A stretch of 64,000 nt of DNA from positions 70,866,001-70,930,000 of the forward strand of contig OZ024747.1 of assembly GCA_964016885.1 (NCBI GenBank), written 5' to 3'. Source of the stretch: Eledone cirrhosa (lineage: Eukaryota). The translations under genes were made by a program, and so were the position numbers. The notes under the pieces were generated by a model. The model had not been told where the DNA came from, did no database searches, and saw only the letters and a list, made by a program, of their open reading frames with translations. Below, piece by piece: positions 12,055-23,842 of this stretch (the first letter of the stretch is position 1; every line of letters starts with the position of its first letter).

Positions 12055-13836
12055 ATGGCCGAAGCTTCTTCACCAAAATTCGAAGGAGGAAAGGGGAAGA
12101 TGAACTTACAGCTTCCCCCTGCCACTGTCACAGTAGCAGAGGTCAAGAAGATAGGTCAGCCAGAGGAAGAATTCTCTCCACCTGTTAACCGACAACTTGA
12201 CGTTACCATGGCAACAACCCAAAGAACCAACAGCAACAACAACAACAATGCGACGGTAGAAAACAACACCAATAACAATAACAATAACAACAACAAGACC
12301 AATAACGGTGACAACAACAACAATGATAACAACAACACCACCAACGACAACAACAACACAAACAAACAAAATTTCTCCTTCGCCGAGACGACAAGGAAAA
12401 CCCTCGACTATCTGCCAGTAGATATAACAAAAGCGAAGGAGCTACTGGCGGATGCGAAAAAATATATAGTGTACGGGGAAAATGGTTCATTCACAATCCA
12501 TTCCCCCCCGGAACTAAAAAGCCAGAGACTCCTAAACACGGTCATGTTTAGGACAATCTCGAACAAAAGTAAAAAACCAGCTCAACCATCACAGAGCGAG
12601 ATAGAGCTGGTTTTAAAAGACGTCATGAAGGACATCACCTTCATTCAGAAGGATAGACTCTACGGGAGTCTATCCATTCTCATGAAGGACAGGGACACAG
12701 CAGTGAAACTGTCCATCAAACCAATCACATCCACCGCATACACCTTCTACCCTACGTACATGGGTAGAAGAACACAAAAAATAAAAATCCACACCATCCT
12801 GCCGATTATGGACATATGGTGGGTTTTGACAGGTTTTCTGGACCTGGAGGATGACATGCTGGTGTCCATGGGAAAGGCATCGGGTGACGCGTTCAGTGGA
12901 ACGAGCCTCGAACTTGTAGTTCAAATGAGGCCCGAAAGGATCGCCCAGATCCCTGAACGCGTCATACTGGATGATCTAACCTTCATCAACATTACCGTTG
13001 AGGGTAGACGGCCCTCGTGTTACCTCTGCGGAACCAGAGGTCACCTGAGGGCTGTCTGTCCCCAACTTAATAAGAAAACCCCAATCCTGCCTACACCACC
13101 AACAACTGCACAACCAACACAATCACCACAACAACCACTACAAAAACAACCACCACAGCTCAAACCAAAACAAAACAATGTCCAACCCATCCCCTCCACT
13201 CAAAAAACAAAAACAATTTCCAAAACACCCGTACCGCAAACACAACCCGAAAATATACCCCTCCCCTCCAACGCGGAAGATGACCCTAGTTCGTCGTCAG
13301 ACGAGGAGGAGCACTTCCACACAATCAAAAGAAAAAAAAGAAAACACACCTCAGACACACAAATGAAAAAAACCCCTCCCCAAAACATAACACTGACACC
13401 AACACAAAAGAGCTCACAACAGCAAACAAAAAACACCACACAAAAACAAAAACACGCATACACATACATAAATACAAGAAACAAAAAACTGTTAAACATT
13501 GTGTACAACAACAATCTAATAAAAACACAAGGGCCTAACTTCACCCAGGCAGGGGATTTCCCCCACCTCAAAATGATTAAGGCCCCACAGGACACCTATA
13601 AAACTTTAAAAAACAATTTTAAAGAGGACGTGGGTCCCCCCTGCGTCGGGCCCATTAACCGAGTCCTCCTAAAAAACTATCCCACCCCCTCCCCAAACAC
13701 CCTCACAACTCCAAGCTCCCCAACCACACAACACACTGATGCCCCCACACTTCCACAAACCACCACCCCACCCAACAACCCATCCCCCACCCTAATGGAA
13801 ATTGTGCAGCCCGATACCCGGGACGCAGAGAGGTAA
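12055..13836 (+). CDS. LINE ORF1 protein, nucleic-acid binding, CX2CX4HX4C zinc knuckle
   Basis: 593-aa ORF containing CYLCGTRGHLRAVC, with Asn-rich and Pro/Gln/Thr-rich low-complexity regions; lies directly upstream of ORF2. Confidence 0.85.
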   Translation: MAEASSPKFEGGKGKMNLQLPPATVTVAEVKKIGQPEEEFSPPVNRQLDVTMATTQRTNSNNNNNATVENNTNNNNNNNNKTNNGDNNNNDNNNTTNDNNNTNKQNFSFAETTRKTLDYLPVDITKAKELLADAKKYIVYGENGSFTIHSPPELKSQRLLNTVMFRTISNKSKKPAQPSQSEIELVLKDVMKDITFIQKDRLYGSLSILMKDRDTAVKLSIKPITSTAYTFYPTYMGRRTQKIKIHTILPIMDIWWVLTGFLDLEDDMLVSMGKASGDAFSGTSLELVVQMRPERIAQIPERVILDDLTFINITVEGRRPSCYLCGTRGHLRAVCPQLNKKTPILPTPPTTAQPTQSPQQPLQKQPPQLKPKQNNVQPIPSTQKTKTISKTPVPQTQPENIPLPSNAEDDPSSSSDEEEHFHTIKRKKRKHTSDTQMKKTPPQNITLTPTQKSSQQQTKNTTQKQKHAYTYINTRNKKLLNIVYNNNLIKTQGPNFTQAGDFPHLKMIKAPQDTYKTLKNNFKEDVGPPCVGPINRVLLKNYPTPSPNTLTTPSSPTTQHTDAPTLPQTTTPPNNPSPTLMEIVQPDTRDAER

Positions 13837-13860
13837 GTGCCTTTTCTCTTCACCACCAAC

Positions 13861-16800
13861 ATGGCTATGCTAAGAGTAGGCTGTTTAAATGCGCGTGGCC
13901 TGGGCTCAACTTGGAAGCAAGCAATGCTTCTAAATGACCTCAGGTCACAACGTATAGATGTGATGGTTATTTGCGAGGCCCGGATCAGCAACGTGCGACA
14001 GCTGGCCCCCACCTTTGATGACTTTGAGATGCACGCATCTCTCTGTCAGCCTGGAGGTGGGGGTGGAGTTGTCGTTCTGCTGCAAAAACATCTGGGTCTC
14101 GCAACACAGATGGTACATTTGGACCCGGAGGGTCGACTAGTGGTTCTGGACCTTGGCAGTGGTAAAGGCGGAGCGTTTAGGTTGGTAGCCGCCTACGGCC
14201 CTTTCGGGTCAATGCGGCCGGACTTCTTCCATCGTCTGGAGACTTTTCTAGGGACGTCCCGCTCCTTGCTATTAGTGGGGGACTGGAATGGTATCCTAGA
14301 TGCACGCTGGGACTACGTAGGGGCCTGCCCCGATAGAGAGGGGTGTAATAGCCTCAAAGTGTTAATCGGTCGATTTGACCTGGCCGATAGATATCGACTA
14401 GATTTTCCGACTGCGCCAACCTGGACTTGGGCAAATCGTAGCGGATCATCTAGGTCGTACCTAGATAGGTTCTTAGTTAGAATTAAGGATAAGGACTTTT
14501 TAAGTTGTCCAAAAATGCGCATTGTTGGCTATTCAGACCACAAATTAGTGACCTGCATGGTCAACCTTGACAGAACTCATAGACAGGGCCCCGGTTACTG
14601 GAAGCTCAACTTGTCCTTGCCGGCAAGTAGAGCCTACAGGAATCGGATTAGTACGTTAGTTAAGGAACGGTTGACTGGAGCGATCGTCAACAGCAGGTGG
14701 TGGGTATCTCTAAAGAGAGAGATTAGAGTAGTCTCGATAGAATTTAGTAAGGTTCTAGCTGCGGATAGGAATAGGAAGGAAAGGGAGCTAATAGATAGAG
14801 TAGAAGAGGCAATTAGAAGCGGCGACGTGGCCAGAGTGCTAGCGTCGAGAACGGCTTTGAGCCAGTTTTTCGACGCGAAGCACGAAGGCTGCGTTGTCCG
14901 AAGTAAAATACGTGCTCTAGGGAACGAGGGGACCAAAGCTGTTAGCTGGGCCCGCGTGACAGAGGCCAACAGTGGAACTAAATCCACCATCCGGTCTTTG
15001 CGAGACCTGGATGGACGGGCGATTCTTGAGCCTAAGCAGATGTGTGAGGCCTTTCAAAGGCACTTTGCCCGACTGTTCGGGAGGGGCGGGGAGCCGGTTG
15101 GGAACGTGGACTTCGGTCCATACCTCGACGGCCTGCCGCGCCTCTCGGACAGGGAGGCGAAGTCCTGCGAGGAGCCGATTTCGGCCGCTGAGATAGAGGA
15201 CGTGCTGAGCCAATGCGGCAAACGCAAATCCCCGGGTCTCGATGGTCTTCCTTACGAATTATATCTAGCTATGCCGGACTTGTTCCCCGATCTCCTCGAG
15301 GCGGTCTACTGCAACTGGCAACAGAACGGGAGAATTCCCTGTACTGTGACCAAGGGCGTAGTCACGCTAGTGAGGAAGGACGAGAACAAGGGGGACGAAA
15401 TAAGTAACTTCAGGCCCATAACACTGCTAAATACAGAGTTACAGATTTTGGCCAAGGTGCTAGCAAAGAGGTTGGCGCTTGTCGTGGGCAACCTGGTGGG
15501 AGATGCGCAGACATGCGCTATCCCGTCCAGGTCCATCCATGACAACCTCCACCTCATGCGATACATCATAGAGAGGGTTGGGAACGAACCCGGCTTTGGT
15601 GGGGCTCTGATCAACTTGGATCAATCTAAGGCGTTCGATAGGGTCGACCATGGTTACCTGGATGCGGTGCTAGCGGCGGCAGGCTTCGGACCCGTTTTCA
15701 GGGGCTGGATCACTGCTATGCACAGCAGCCGCATCTGCTCTAGGGTCAAGGTGAACGGCTACCTCTCGGAGCCGTTCAAAATCGCGCGGTCCATCCGACA
15801 AGGGTGCCCTCTCTCCTCCCTTCTGTATGTATTGACTCTCGAGCCACTACTGCGGAAGTTGGAGTTGTTGCAGGGCATCCCTTTGGAACCGGGATTGCGG
15901 AAAGCGGTGTCGGCCTACGCCGATGACGTGACAGTAATGGTGTCGACGGCCTCCGAAATCGAGGCGGTCGGCACCTTACTGGAGGAGTACGAAAAGTTCA
16001 CAGGGGCTAAGCTGAACCGGGACAAGTCGATCGGTTTGCAACTCGGCACGTGGAGGGGCAGACCGATGCCCTCCGATAGCGTCGTCGGACGCTGGACGGA
16101 GGGCCCGGTGAAGTTGCTCGGGGTCTGGTTCGGACCGGACCTCCAGGTGGAGAAAAACTGGGCGGAGGTTACGAACAGAGTGTTTGCACTGACCCAGAAG
16201 TGGGCCAGTTGCAAACTATCCCTGAAAGGTCGGGCGGAGGTGGCGAACACCTACATAGCGTCCGTCATCTACTACCGCCTGACCGTAGTGCCCTGCCCAA
16301 GGGAAACCCTCACCAAGATGGAGCGCGCGCTCTTCCAATTCCTTTGGAAGAGGCGGGCTCCTATGGTGAGGAGATCCATCTGCTGTCAACACCCTTCGAA
16401 AGGAGGGCTGGGGATGCCGTGGCTAATGATGCGTAAACACGCATTAAGGCTACGGCACCTCTACGTATTCCTCACCGGACAACCGGTGTGGGCCTCGTTT
16501 GTGAGACGAACCTTTCCCAGACTCGTCTCACTCACCGAGCTGCAATCCTGGGTCAAGCAAAGACCGAGAAAACTGGGCGCCTGGCACACTGAGTGTGCCC
16601 AGGCGCTCACCGCCCTCTGGCAGGCGGATCCGGTTATCAGTGGAGACTCCACCGCAACATTCTATAGAGGGCTGGTACGCAGCAGGTGCGACGACGCCCT
16701 CGGAGAAGCCCTAGACATGGAGGAGGACGAATTGGCCAGCCTTTTCGGTAGGACATTCAGCCCGGGACCTATGGACAACTTCCAGAAGTCCCTGGCCTGG

Positions 16801-17298
16801 CAGTGCTACCGAGGGGCTTTACCCGTTCGAGAAAGGCTCTACAGACACGGGCGCCCGGGTAGGGACCCCGCCAAAAAGATCTGTCCCAGATGCGTGTGCG
16901 ACGAGGAAACCGTTGCACACGCATTAGTACACTGCTCGGGCGTAGCCGATCTGTGGGGCTATGTCGAACAACTGCTGTCAAGGGTGGGACCGATCCGGTT
17001 GACCACCGAGTCTATTGTAATGATCAAGCCGCCTCCCCCCTTCAAAGATGAAGCAGAGGCGGTGTTTCTGTGCGTAATAGCCATGGCGAAAGAGGTTGTA
17101 TGGTGGACGCGTCTGAAAGGACTGAGGTCGGGCACCTTTCTCTCTGGCCAACAACTGGTCCGTTTCTTCCGATATCATTTCGGAAGAAGGATCAGGATGG
17201 AGAGAGAGGTGCTGCACCCCAGCCGTTTCTATGAAAGATGGGTGAAAGTGGCGAGAATGGCCCGTGTGAATGGGCCTTCACTCTACATCAGACTATAG
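13861..17298 (+). CDS. LINE ORF2: apurinic-type endonuclease, reverse transcriptase and C-terminal zinc finger
   Basis: APE motifs LNARGL, GDWN, SYLDRFLV, SDHK; GPGYWKLN; RT motifs KSPGLDGLP, FRPITLLN, LDQSKAFDRVDH, RQGCPLS, YADD; C-terminal CPRC..ETVAHALVHC. First ATG is at 13861; the open frame starts at 13837. Confidence 0.95.
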   Translation: MAMLRVGCLNARGLGSTWKQAMLLNDLRSQRIDVMVICEARISNVRQLAPTFDDFEMHASLCQPGGGGGVVVLLQKHLGLATQMVHLDPEGRLVVLDLGSGKGGAFRLVAAYGPFGSMRPDFFHRLETFLGTSRSLLLVGDWNGILDARWDYVGACPDREGCNSLKVLIGRFDLADRYRLDFPTAPTWTWANRSGSSRSYLDRFLVRIKDKDFLSCPKMRIVGYSDHKLVTCMVNLDRTHRQGPGYWKLNLSLPASRAYRNRISTLVKERLTGAIVNSRWWVSLKREIRVVSIEFSKVLAADRNRKERELIDRVEEAIRSGDVARVLASRTALSQFFDAKHEGCVVRSKIRALGNEGTKAVSWARVTEANSGTKSTIRSLRDLDGRAILEPKQMCEAFQRHFARLFGRGGEPVGNVDFGPYLDGLPRLSDREAKSCEEPISAAEIEDVLSQCGKRKSPGLDGLPYELYLAMPDLFPDLLEAVYCNWQQNGRIPCTVTKGVVTLVRKDENKGDEISNFRPITLLNTELQILAKVLAKRLALVVGNLVGDAQTCAIPSRSIHDNLHLMRYIIERVGNEPGFGGALINLDQSKAFDRVDHGYLDAVLAAAGFGPVFRGWITAMHSSRICSRVKVNGYLSEPFKIARSIRQGCPLSSLLYVLTLEPLLRKLELLQGIPLEPGLRKAVSAYADDVTVMVSTASEIEAVGTLLEEYEKFTGAKLNRDKSIGLQLGTWRGRPMPSDSVVGRWTEGPVKLLGVWFGPDLQVEKNWAEVTNRVFALTQKWASCKLSLKGRAEVANTYIASVIYYRLTVVPCPRETLTKMERALFQFLWKRRAPMVRRSICCQHPSKGGLGMPWLMMRKHALRLRHLYVFLTGQPVWASFVRRTFPRLVSLTELQSWVKQRPRKLGAWHTECAQALTALWQADPVISGDSTATFYRGLVRSRCDDALGEALDMEEDELASLFGRTFSPGPMDNFQKSLAWQCYRGALPVRERLYRHGRPGRDPAKKICPRCVCDEETVAHALVHCSGVADLWGYVEQLLSRVGPIRLTTESIVMIKPPPPFKDEAEAVFLCVIAMAKEVVWWTRLKGLRSGTFLSGQQLVRFFRYHFGRRIRMEREVLHPSRFYERWVKVARMARVNGPSLYIRL

Positions 17299-17588
17299 GT
17301 GAGGAAGATGAAAGACCAAGGGAGCACCCCTTCTCTGTGCTCCTGAGGAGAAGGGTTGCACACTTTTTTCGGGGGTGTGTGCGACCCCCCAAGGCGCCTC
17401 CTCTCTATTGAGGATTTTGTTAAAAATTTTATTTTTTGTTATATCTTATTTTATTTTTATATTTTGTTATTGCCTCCTCCTTATTGAGGACGCCTTTTTG
17501 TGTAAACTCCCCCCTTTGTACTTGTCCCACTTTTGATGCCCTAGTGGCAAATAAAAGAAATATATCTATCTATTTACAAAAACGAAGG

Positions 17589-18110
17589 AGAGGCGGTGTT
17601 TCTGTGCGTAATAGCCATGGCGAAAGAGGTTGTATGGTGGACGCGTCTGAAAGGACTGAGGTCAGACACCTTTCTCTCTGGCCAACAACTGGTCCGTTTC
17701 TTCCGATATAATTTCGGAAGAAGGATCAGGATGGAGAGAGAGGTGCTGCACCCCAGCCGTTTCTATGAAAGATGGGTGAAAGTGGCGAGAATGGCCCGTG
17801 TGAATGGGTCTTCACTCTACATCAGACTATAGGTGAGGAAGATGAAAGATCAAGGAAGCACCCCCTCTCTGTGCTCCTGAGGAGAAGGGTTGCACACTTT
17901 TTTTCGGGGGTGTGTGCGACCCCCCAAGGCGCCTCCTCCCTATTGAGGATTTTGTTATAAAATTTATTTTGTTATATTTTATTTTATTCTTATATTTTGT
18001 TATTGCCTCCTCCTCATTGAGGACGCCTTGTTATGTAAACTTCCTCCATTGTACTTGTCCCACTTTTTGATGCCCTGGTGGCAAATAAAAAGAAAATTAT
18101 CTATCTATCT
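17589..18110 (+). mobile_element. 5'-truncated second copy of the same Tx1-like element (ORF2 C-terminus plus 3' UTR)
   Basis: Aligns by eye to 17055-17572 with several substitutions and indels; ends AATAAA...TATCTATCTATCTATA. Confidence 0.9.
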
Positions 18111-18117
18111 ATATATA

Positions 18118-18148
<31 letters not shown>

Positions 18149-18186
18149 GTATATTTATATATATATATGTGTGTGTGTGTTTGTAT

Positions 18187-18275
<89 letters not shown>

Positions 18276-18879
18276 CATGATGTTAGTTCATACTGTAGTT
18301 GTCTAATGTCGGGTTAGTTCTAATCGAGTATATTGATGCTGAAAGGTGATCGTTATCATCCATCCTTTTGATCAGAATTGTATTATCCCATGAATTTTTC
18401 TAGAGGTTAGGATTTGATTTGTGTGCCTTTTGACTACTACTTCTAGCAAGACGAATGATTATGCAGACTTTCCCTTGCTGGCTTGTCTGAATTTCTGTGT
18501 TTTAAAGCTGTCTGTGGTACATTTACAAACCTAAAGCAAATCTATTCAACTTGCCGTTGAGAAAAACGTGATCTCATGAAATTAGTTGTAGAAGTAAAAC
18601 CGTATGGAAGCCAATCAGTCACGATAGGAAATCATGGAAAGATTAATCTAATAGGTTAGAAATGTCATTTTGTATAGGGGTGGAAGGGAAAGAGACAGAG
18701 AGAAAGACAGAGAAAGAGAGGGAGACAAAGAGGGTGAGAGAATGAAAGAGAGAGAGAGTGAAAGAGAGAGGGAGAGAACAGAGAAAGAAAGAGAAAGAGA
18801 AAATGAGTGGCAATTTAGAAACAATACTTTCTGTTCGTTCGGTCATCTCTGGGAAAACAGTTTTCAGTTAATACAAGAA

Positions 18880-18881
18880 AA

Positions 18882-18929
<48 letters not shown>

Positions 18930-19102
18930 CAATAGCAACAGCAACAGCAGTAGTAGTAATATCAATCGTATTGGTGGTGGTAGCAGCAGCAGCAGTAGCA
19001 GCAGAAGTAGTAGCAGCTGCAACAGCAACAGCAGCAGAAATAGTAGTAGTAGGTGGTGGTGGTGATGATGGTGATGGCGGTGGTGGTGGTGGTAGTAGTA
19101 GT

Positions 19103-19134
<32 letters not shown>

Positions 19135-19175
19135 CAGCAGCAGCAGAAGAAGCAGCAGCAGCAAAAGTAGTAGAA
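18880..19175. repeat. Compound trinucleotide microsatellite (AGT/AGC/GGT)
   Basis: Direct reading. Confidence 0.95.
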
Positions 19176-19653
19176 GTATAGTTAAGTTTAATTGGTTAAC
19201 AAATCTCACCAGAAAATAATCTTCCATGACTAAACAATCTTTGTCTGGTGATACGTGGCGTTTTATATTCAAACACCACTGGGATCCAGTTTAATCATAC
19301 ATTGATGTAAATAGAGTACAATGGCGTTTTCAATATGACATGTCTGAAAAAAGAACTGCTCCTTAATCAATTATATAAACATACACTCACACACAAAGAC
19401 GCCCGCACACATATATATATATATATATATTTACATGTATACACGTTTAGAAACATTTATACACACACACACACATATAAAAAAGAAAGGATCGATCGAC
19501 TTTCGTCAAATCGGACCGAGGAAACAATGTTTTTGTTGGTCTTTCCAGCTGCTAGTACTATCTATCGGTCGCAACTCCAGGTAGACATCTTGTAAGTTAT
19601 ATATATATAATATATATAAATATATAAATAAATATATATATATATATACATAC

Positions 19654-19826
19654 AACGAAGGAAGTGTGGTAAGGAACCAGGTGGACCATAACGCACCAGA
19701 GTTCTCGATACTTTGGGTAGTTGAGTGGGTAATAGGAAAATGTTCAGGACCCCGACGGCAGAGCTCAAGCCGTTTCGACGGCTATTTCTGAACTGAAATA
19801 GCTTCAGCTCTGCCGTCGGGGTCCTG

Positions 19827-19831
<5 letters not shown>
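19654..19831. mobile_element. Solo Penelope pLTR fragment (family G) with fold-back end
   Basis: Homologous to 24012-24150; inverted arms at 19740-19831; (TA)n on both sides. Confidence 0.8.
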
Positions 19832-19865
<34 letters not shown>

Positions 19866-19869
<4 letters not shown>

Positions 19870-20291
19870 GCTGGGTATGTCCTATGGATGTCTGAGTACC
19901 GGACACATAAGGTACTGTTGTACAGTCAGCTCCAGGATGTTGTGCATAATGTGGGCAGGCAACTACTCCGATATAAGGATAAAATGAAGTACAATCTTAA
20001 GTCTGTCAACGTACCTCTTTCTTCGTTTGAAGCAATGACTGCCGACCGTAAGAGTTGGAGAACCGTCAGTCACGAAGGCATAAAGAACTTTGAGAAATTT
20101 CGTTTAGCCCACCTTGTGAAATGAGAGCTGACACCAAAGCCTGCTCTGTTTAAGATCCTGTCACCTGCACCAAATGCGGATTGATGTGTAAATCAGCAGC
20201 TGGATTGAAGTGCCACTTGAGTCATAAACACAAAACAATGAACTGAAAAGACTGTTGAACCCTCATATGTCGAATTAACGGGAGAGTCCAT

Positions 20292-20295
<4 letters not shown>
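19866..20295 (+). mobile_element. RTE-clade LINE 3' fragment
   Basis: MSEYRTHKVLLYSQL..GRQLLRYKDKMKYNLK..ADRKSWR, followed by a C..CGLMCKSAAGLKCHL zinc-finger-like tail typical of RTE C-termini. Confidence 0.7.
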
Positions 20296-20344
<49 letters not shown>

Positions 20345-20492
20345 ATGTGTGTCTGTGTGTGTGTGTATAGTCTTGTTACTCTGGAGTTCTACCTGTTTAT
20401 CACAGTGCCATATATATATATTTATATTGTTCCGACGCTTTAATAATTTCAACAATCCTCCGCCCTGAAATGTCATTCAAATAGTAAGTATA

Positions 20493-21048
20493 ATAATTTC
20501 TAGCTTGGAAACAAGGCTACAAATATATATACGAACGAGTGAAATCCATTAATCAACTTGTATTTTATTTTATCGCCTCGGGGCTAAGTCTACCTTAGCA
20601 GCATTTGAACTCAGAACACGAAAATATTAATCACATCAATACGAATAATGATTTCTACTAGGTCAGCAAATTTGGGGGAGGGGAAAGTCGATTAAATCGA
20701 CCCCAGTACTTACTGGTGCTTTATTTTATCGACCCCGTGAAGATGAAAGGCAAAGCCAACCTCGGTACGATCTGAACTCAGACCGTAAAGGACCGTAATT
20801 CTATGCTGCAAAGCATGTTGTCCAACTCTCTACCGATACTGCCAATCCACCGCCCTCACCAATACAAATAATTGCTTCTACTTTAGGCACAAGGCCAGCA
20901 ATTACCCAGTGCATTACTGGTACTTTATTTTATTGACCCCGTAAGGATGAAAGGCAAAGTCAACCTCGGCGGGATTTGAACTCAGATCGTAAAGAGACGT
21001 AACTATGCTGGAAAGCATGGCGTCCGACCCTCTACCGATACTGCCAAT
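20493..21048 (-). mobile_element. Cluster of three SINE copies; the youngest (20868-21048) has a 16-bp TSD
   Basis: CACCAATACAAATAAT flanks the last copy at ~20857 and ~21049. Confidence 0.8.
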
Positions 21049-21623
21049 CACCAATACAAATAATATTCTTTGATTTCATTATGACTTCTGTTTTTGGTCT
21101 TCAGAATGTATATATACTCTTTATCTATCAACTTATTCGTTGCACATTTACTTAAAACGAAAATAGTTTGTAGATTACTCAAGATAGCATTACTACCAAA
21201 TTAATTTCAGTTTAGACTGTTAAGCGCTTTTAAATTATTTCTCTTAGACAAAACTGCTGTAGTGTTGTGATGTATAATGTCTAGTGCTAATTTGGAATTG
21301 AAATAAAAGCAAATCTATAAGAATATAAAACATTGGTATTGTATCCTTAGCACCGTAATATATTTATATACTTAATACATTTAAACATCCCCGTAGAACA
21401 AGTAAGCCATGACAGACTGGGAAAGGTATCCATTACCCTTTATAATTAAGAAACAAAACCATAAGAGAAAGCAAGAGAGAGAGAGAGGGGTGAGTGAAAA
21501 GGAGAGGAAAGTGAAAAGAAGCAAAAATAAGAATAAGTTAAATGTTTCTCTTGTTGAATCCTATCAGAGTCTCCATTTACTGCAACAGTGGCAGACTGGC
21601 TGGGGTTGGTGATAATGCTTAAC

Positions 21624-21654
<31 letters not shown>

Positions 21655-21686
21655 GAGAGAGGGAACGAAAGAGAGAGAGAGAGAGA

Positions 21687-21751
<65 letters not shown>

Positions 21752-22011
21752 GGGACGGAGGGGAGATTCTAGACCATAGTTCTCATCAAAGAAAGCTTTA
21801 TATCTTACCTTCTGAAGCTTATGAACATAGTAATATTTATATCAGAAGTACAATTGGCACCGGCTTCTCCAGTGATGTATTCGCGGTAAAAGAAATATGA
21901 CAAATCTACGGCAAGGTTTCACTTCACGTTTAGAATAGCTTCTGCTTTTCCTCATCATTTCTCGTATTAAAACTTTCAGAACACAATCGCTCCCGTTTTT
22001 ACAATAATACA

Positions 22012-22202
22012 ATAATTGTTTCTACTTTAGGCACAAGGCCAGCAATTACCCAGTGCATTACTGGTACTTTATTTTATCGACCCCGTAAGGATGAAAAGCA
22101 AAGTCAACCTCGGCGGGATTTGAACTCAGATTGTAAAGGGACGTAACTATGCTGGAAAGCATGGCGCCCGACCCAGTACCGATACTGCCAATCCATCGCC
22201 CT
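22012..22202 (-). mobile_element. SINE, same family
   Basis: Full-length match, flanked by ACAATAATACAAT repeats. Confidence 0.85.
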
Positions 22203-23842
22203 AATACAATAATACAATAATACAATGTGATTAAATCATTAGAAAATTCATTATTTTAGAGCATTATTTACTGGTATGAACATGTTTACGTGGGTTTTCA
22301 CTTTCCAAGAATGCTTCAAACATTCTACTTACAATATGTCTGTTCAAAGGACAATAACAGTAGGGGATAGTTGCTCGCCTTTGATCGTCCAAATATCGAA
22401 ACACTAGCTTTGAAACCATCATACAATAAAAAGTTTTTATAATTTCTAATTTGTAAATCCCGAACTTCGTTTGGGATGAAAACGTAGCCAGGCAAGTAGA
22501 AAAATAATATTTATTGAGAAAAAGTCCACTTGTTTTCTTCCAGTTAGAAAATGAAGGAATTATCGTAGTTTCTTTAAGTATTTTTTCTAGGTTATTTATT
22601 TCTTAAAATTGCATGCGCTGTACATCTTTATCAGACAGCAAATCAAAGAAAAACGAGAACATGTCGTGCTGTTTTTGAGATTTAGAAACAGTTTTTCCAT
22701 CTTTATTTGTTTCTTTCTTATTTTTGTGCATAAGATTCCGGTTCAGCAATACTGGCAGACTAAGTCTACTTAGGTTTTATCTCAACTCGGACTGACTTGC
22801 TAATGTTCACTGAGAGAAATGGTATTATTTCAAAGGCACGCGAAGTAAGATACACTCTTCCAGCTGAATGATTTGTTTTTTCTTCTTTTATATTCTGTTA
22901 ATCTTTTATTACTGGAGAATCTTTATGCAACAATGTCAATAACAAATAGTGAATAATCTACAAAATATATAACTGCTTCAATAAATGGCTTCCTGTTCAA
23001 ATTAAGTATTTATAAAAGGCTGCAGAATGCGAGGAGAAATAGCTAATATGTATGTTTTAAATGAAGATTATTCACAATACAGGAAAACCATATTGCGACA
23101 AAGATTTGTCCCTTAGTTATATCAATTTTACTTCTTATTCACCATTAATGCCACTGAGAAAGGTATGGACATCAAGAAATTACAGTCTGTCCACATACAA
23201 GACTGATCCTTTCTCTCAATATGAAAGGAAATTATTATTTTTTAGTAAGTGAAATTGAATATGGTCAGGGAAAATAAAACTCTGATATTAATACAATCTA
23301 AATAAATTGTGGATATATTTTAAGAATGAGTTATTGGAACCCTCTATACATATTTGTAATTATGTAATTACATATTTTGACTAATCTTAACATATATTCG
23401 CATTAAAAGATTATATTTCAGATTAACACTCCTACTAAATGTTTTGTACTTTCTGATTAATTTACCAATATCATTTTACCAAATAATTTACGAAACGCTG
23501 TACTTAAACATGCACCGAGTATCAACCTGATCAATTGACTTCTCCGCTTTCCGCGTACATCGAATATTCCATATGTATATCGAAACTAGATACTAACCCG
23601 GAGTACACCTGAACTTCCACCAGGAAATCTTTCGAATCTTTGAAATTTTCTTTGCTTCTTGCATTTAAATATTCCACGACTCTCTACCACTTTTCCTCTA
23701 CTACGATCTTCTTACACCACCTTCTTCATCTCACCCGTCTATTTTACACTCCCACCCTGGTACCTTCAATATGCCCAATCTCAAATCTTTTCTCCAATTC
23801 CAACCCGCCCGTCCCCCTCAATCTATCTTATTTCTCATTCTT

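Larger units (their letters stand above)
11851..17572 (+). mobile_element. Apparently full-length Tx1/L1-clade non-LTR retrotransposon (two ORFs)
   Basis: ORF1 with gag-type CCHC knuckle, then an uninterrupted APE-RT ORF2, a ~270-nt 3' UTR ending AATAAA and a TATC-like tail. The 5' boundary is inferred at ATCTAT|GGACACACGCG. Confidence 0.9.

Noticed and set aside
17573-17589. AACGAAGGA linker matching the family-G pLTR end
   Set aside because: Only a 9-bp match; insufficient evidence.
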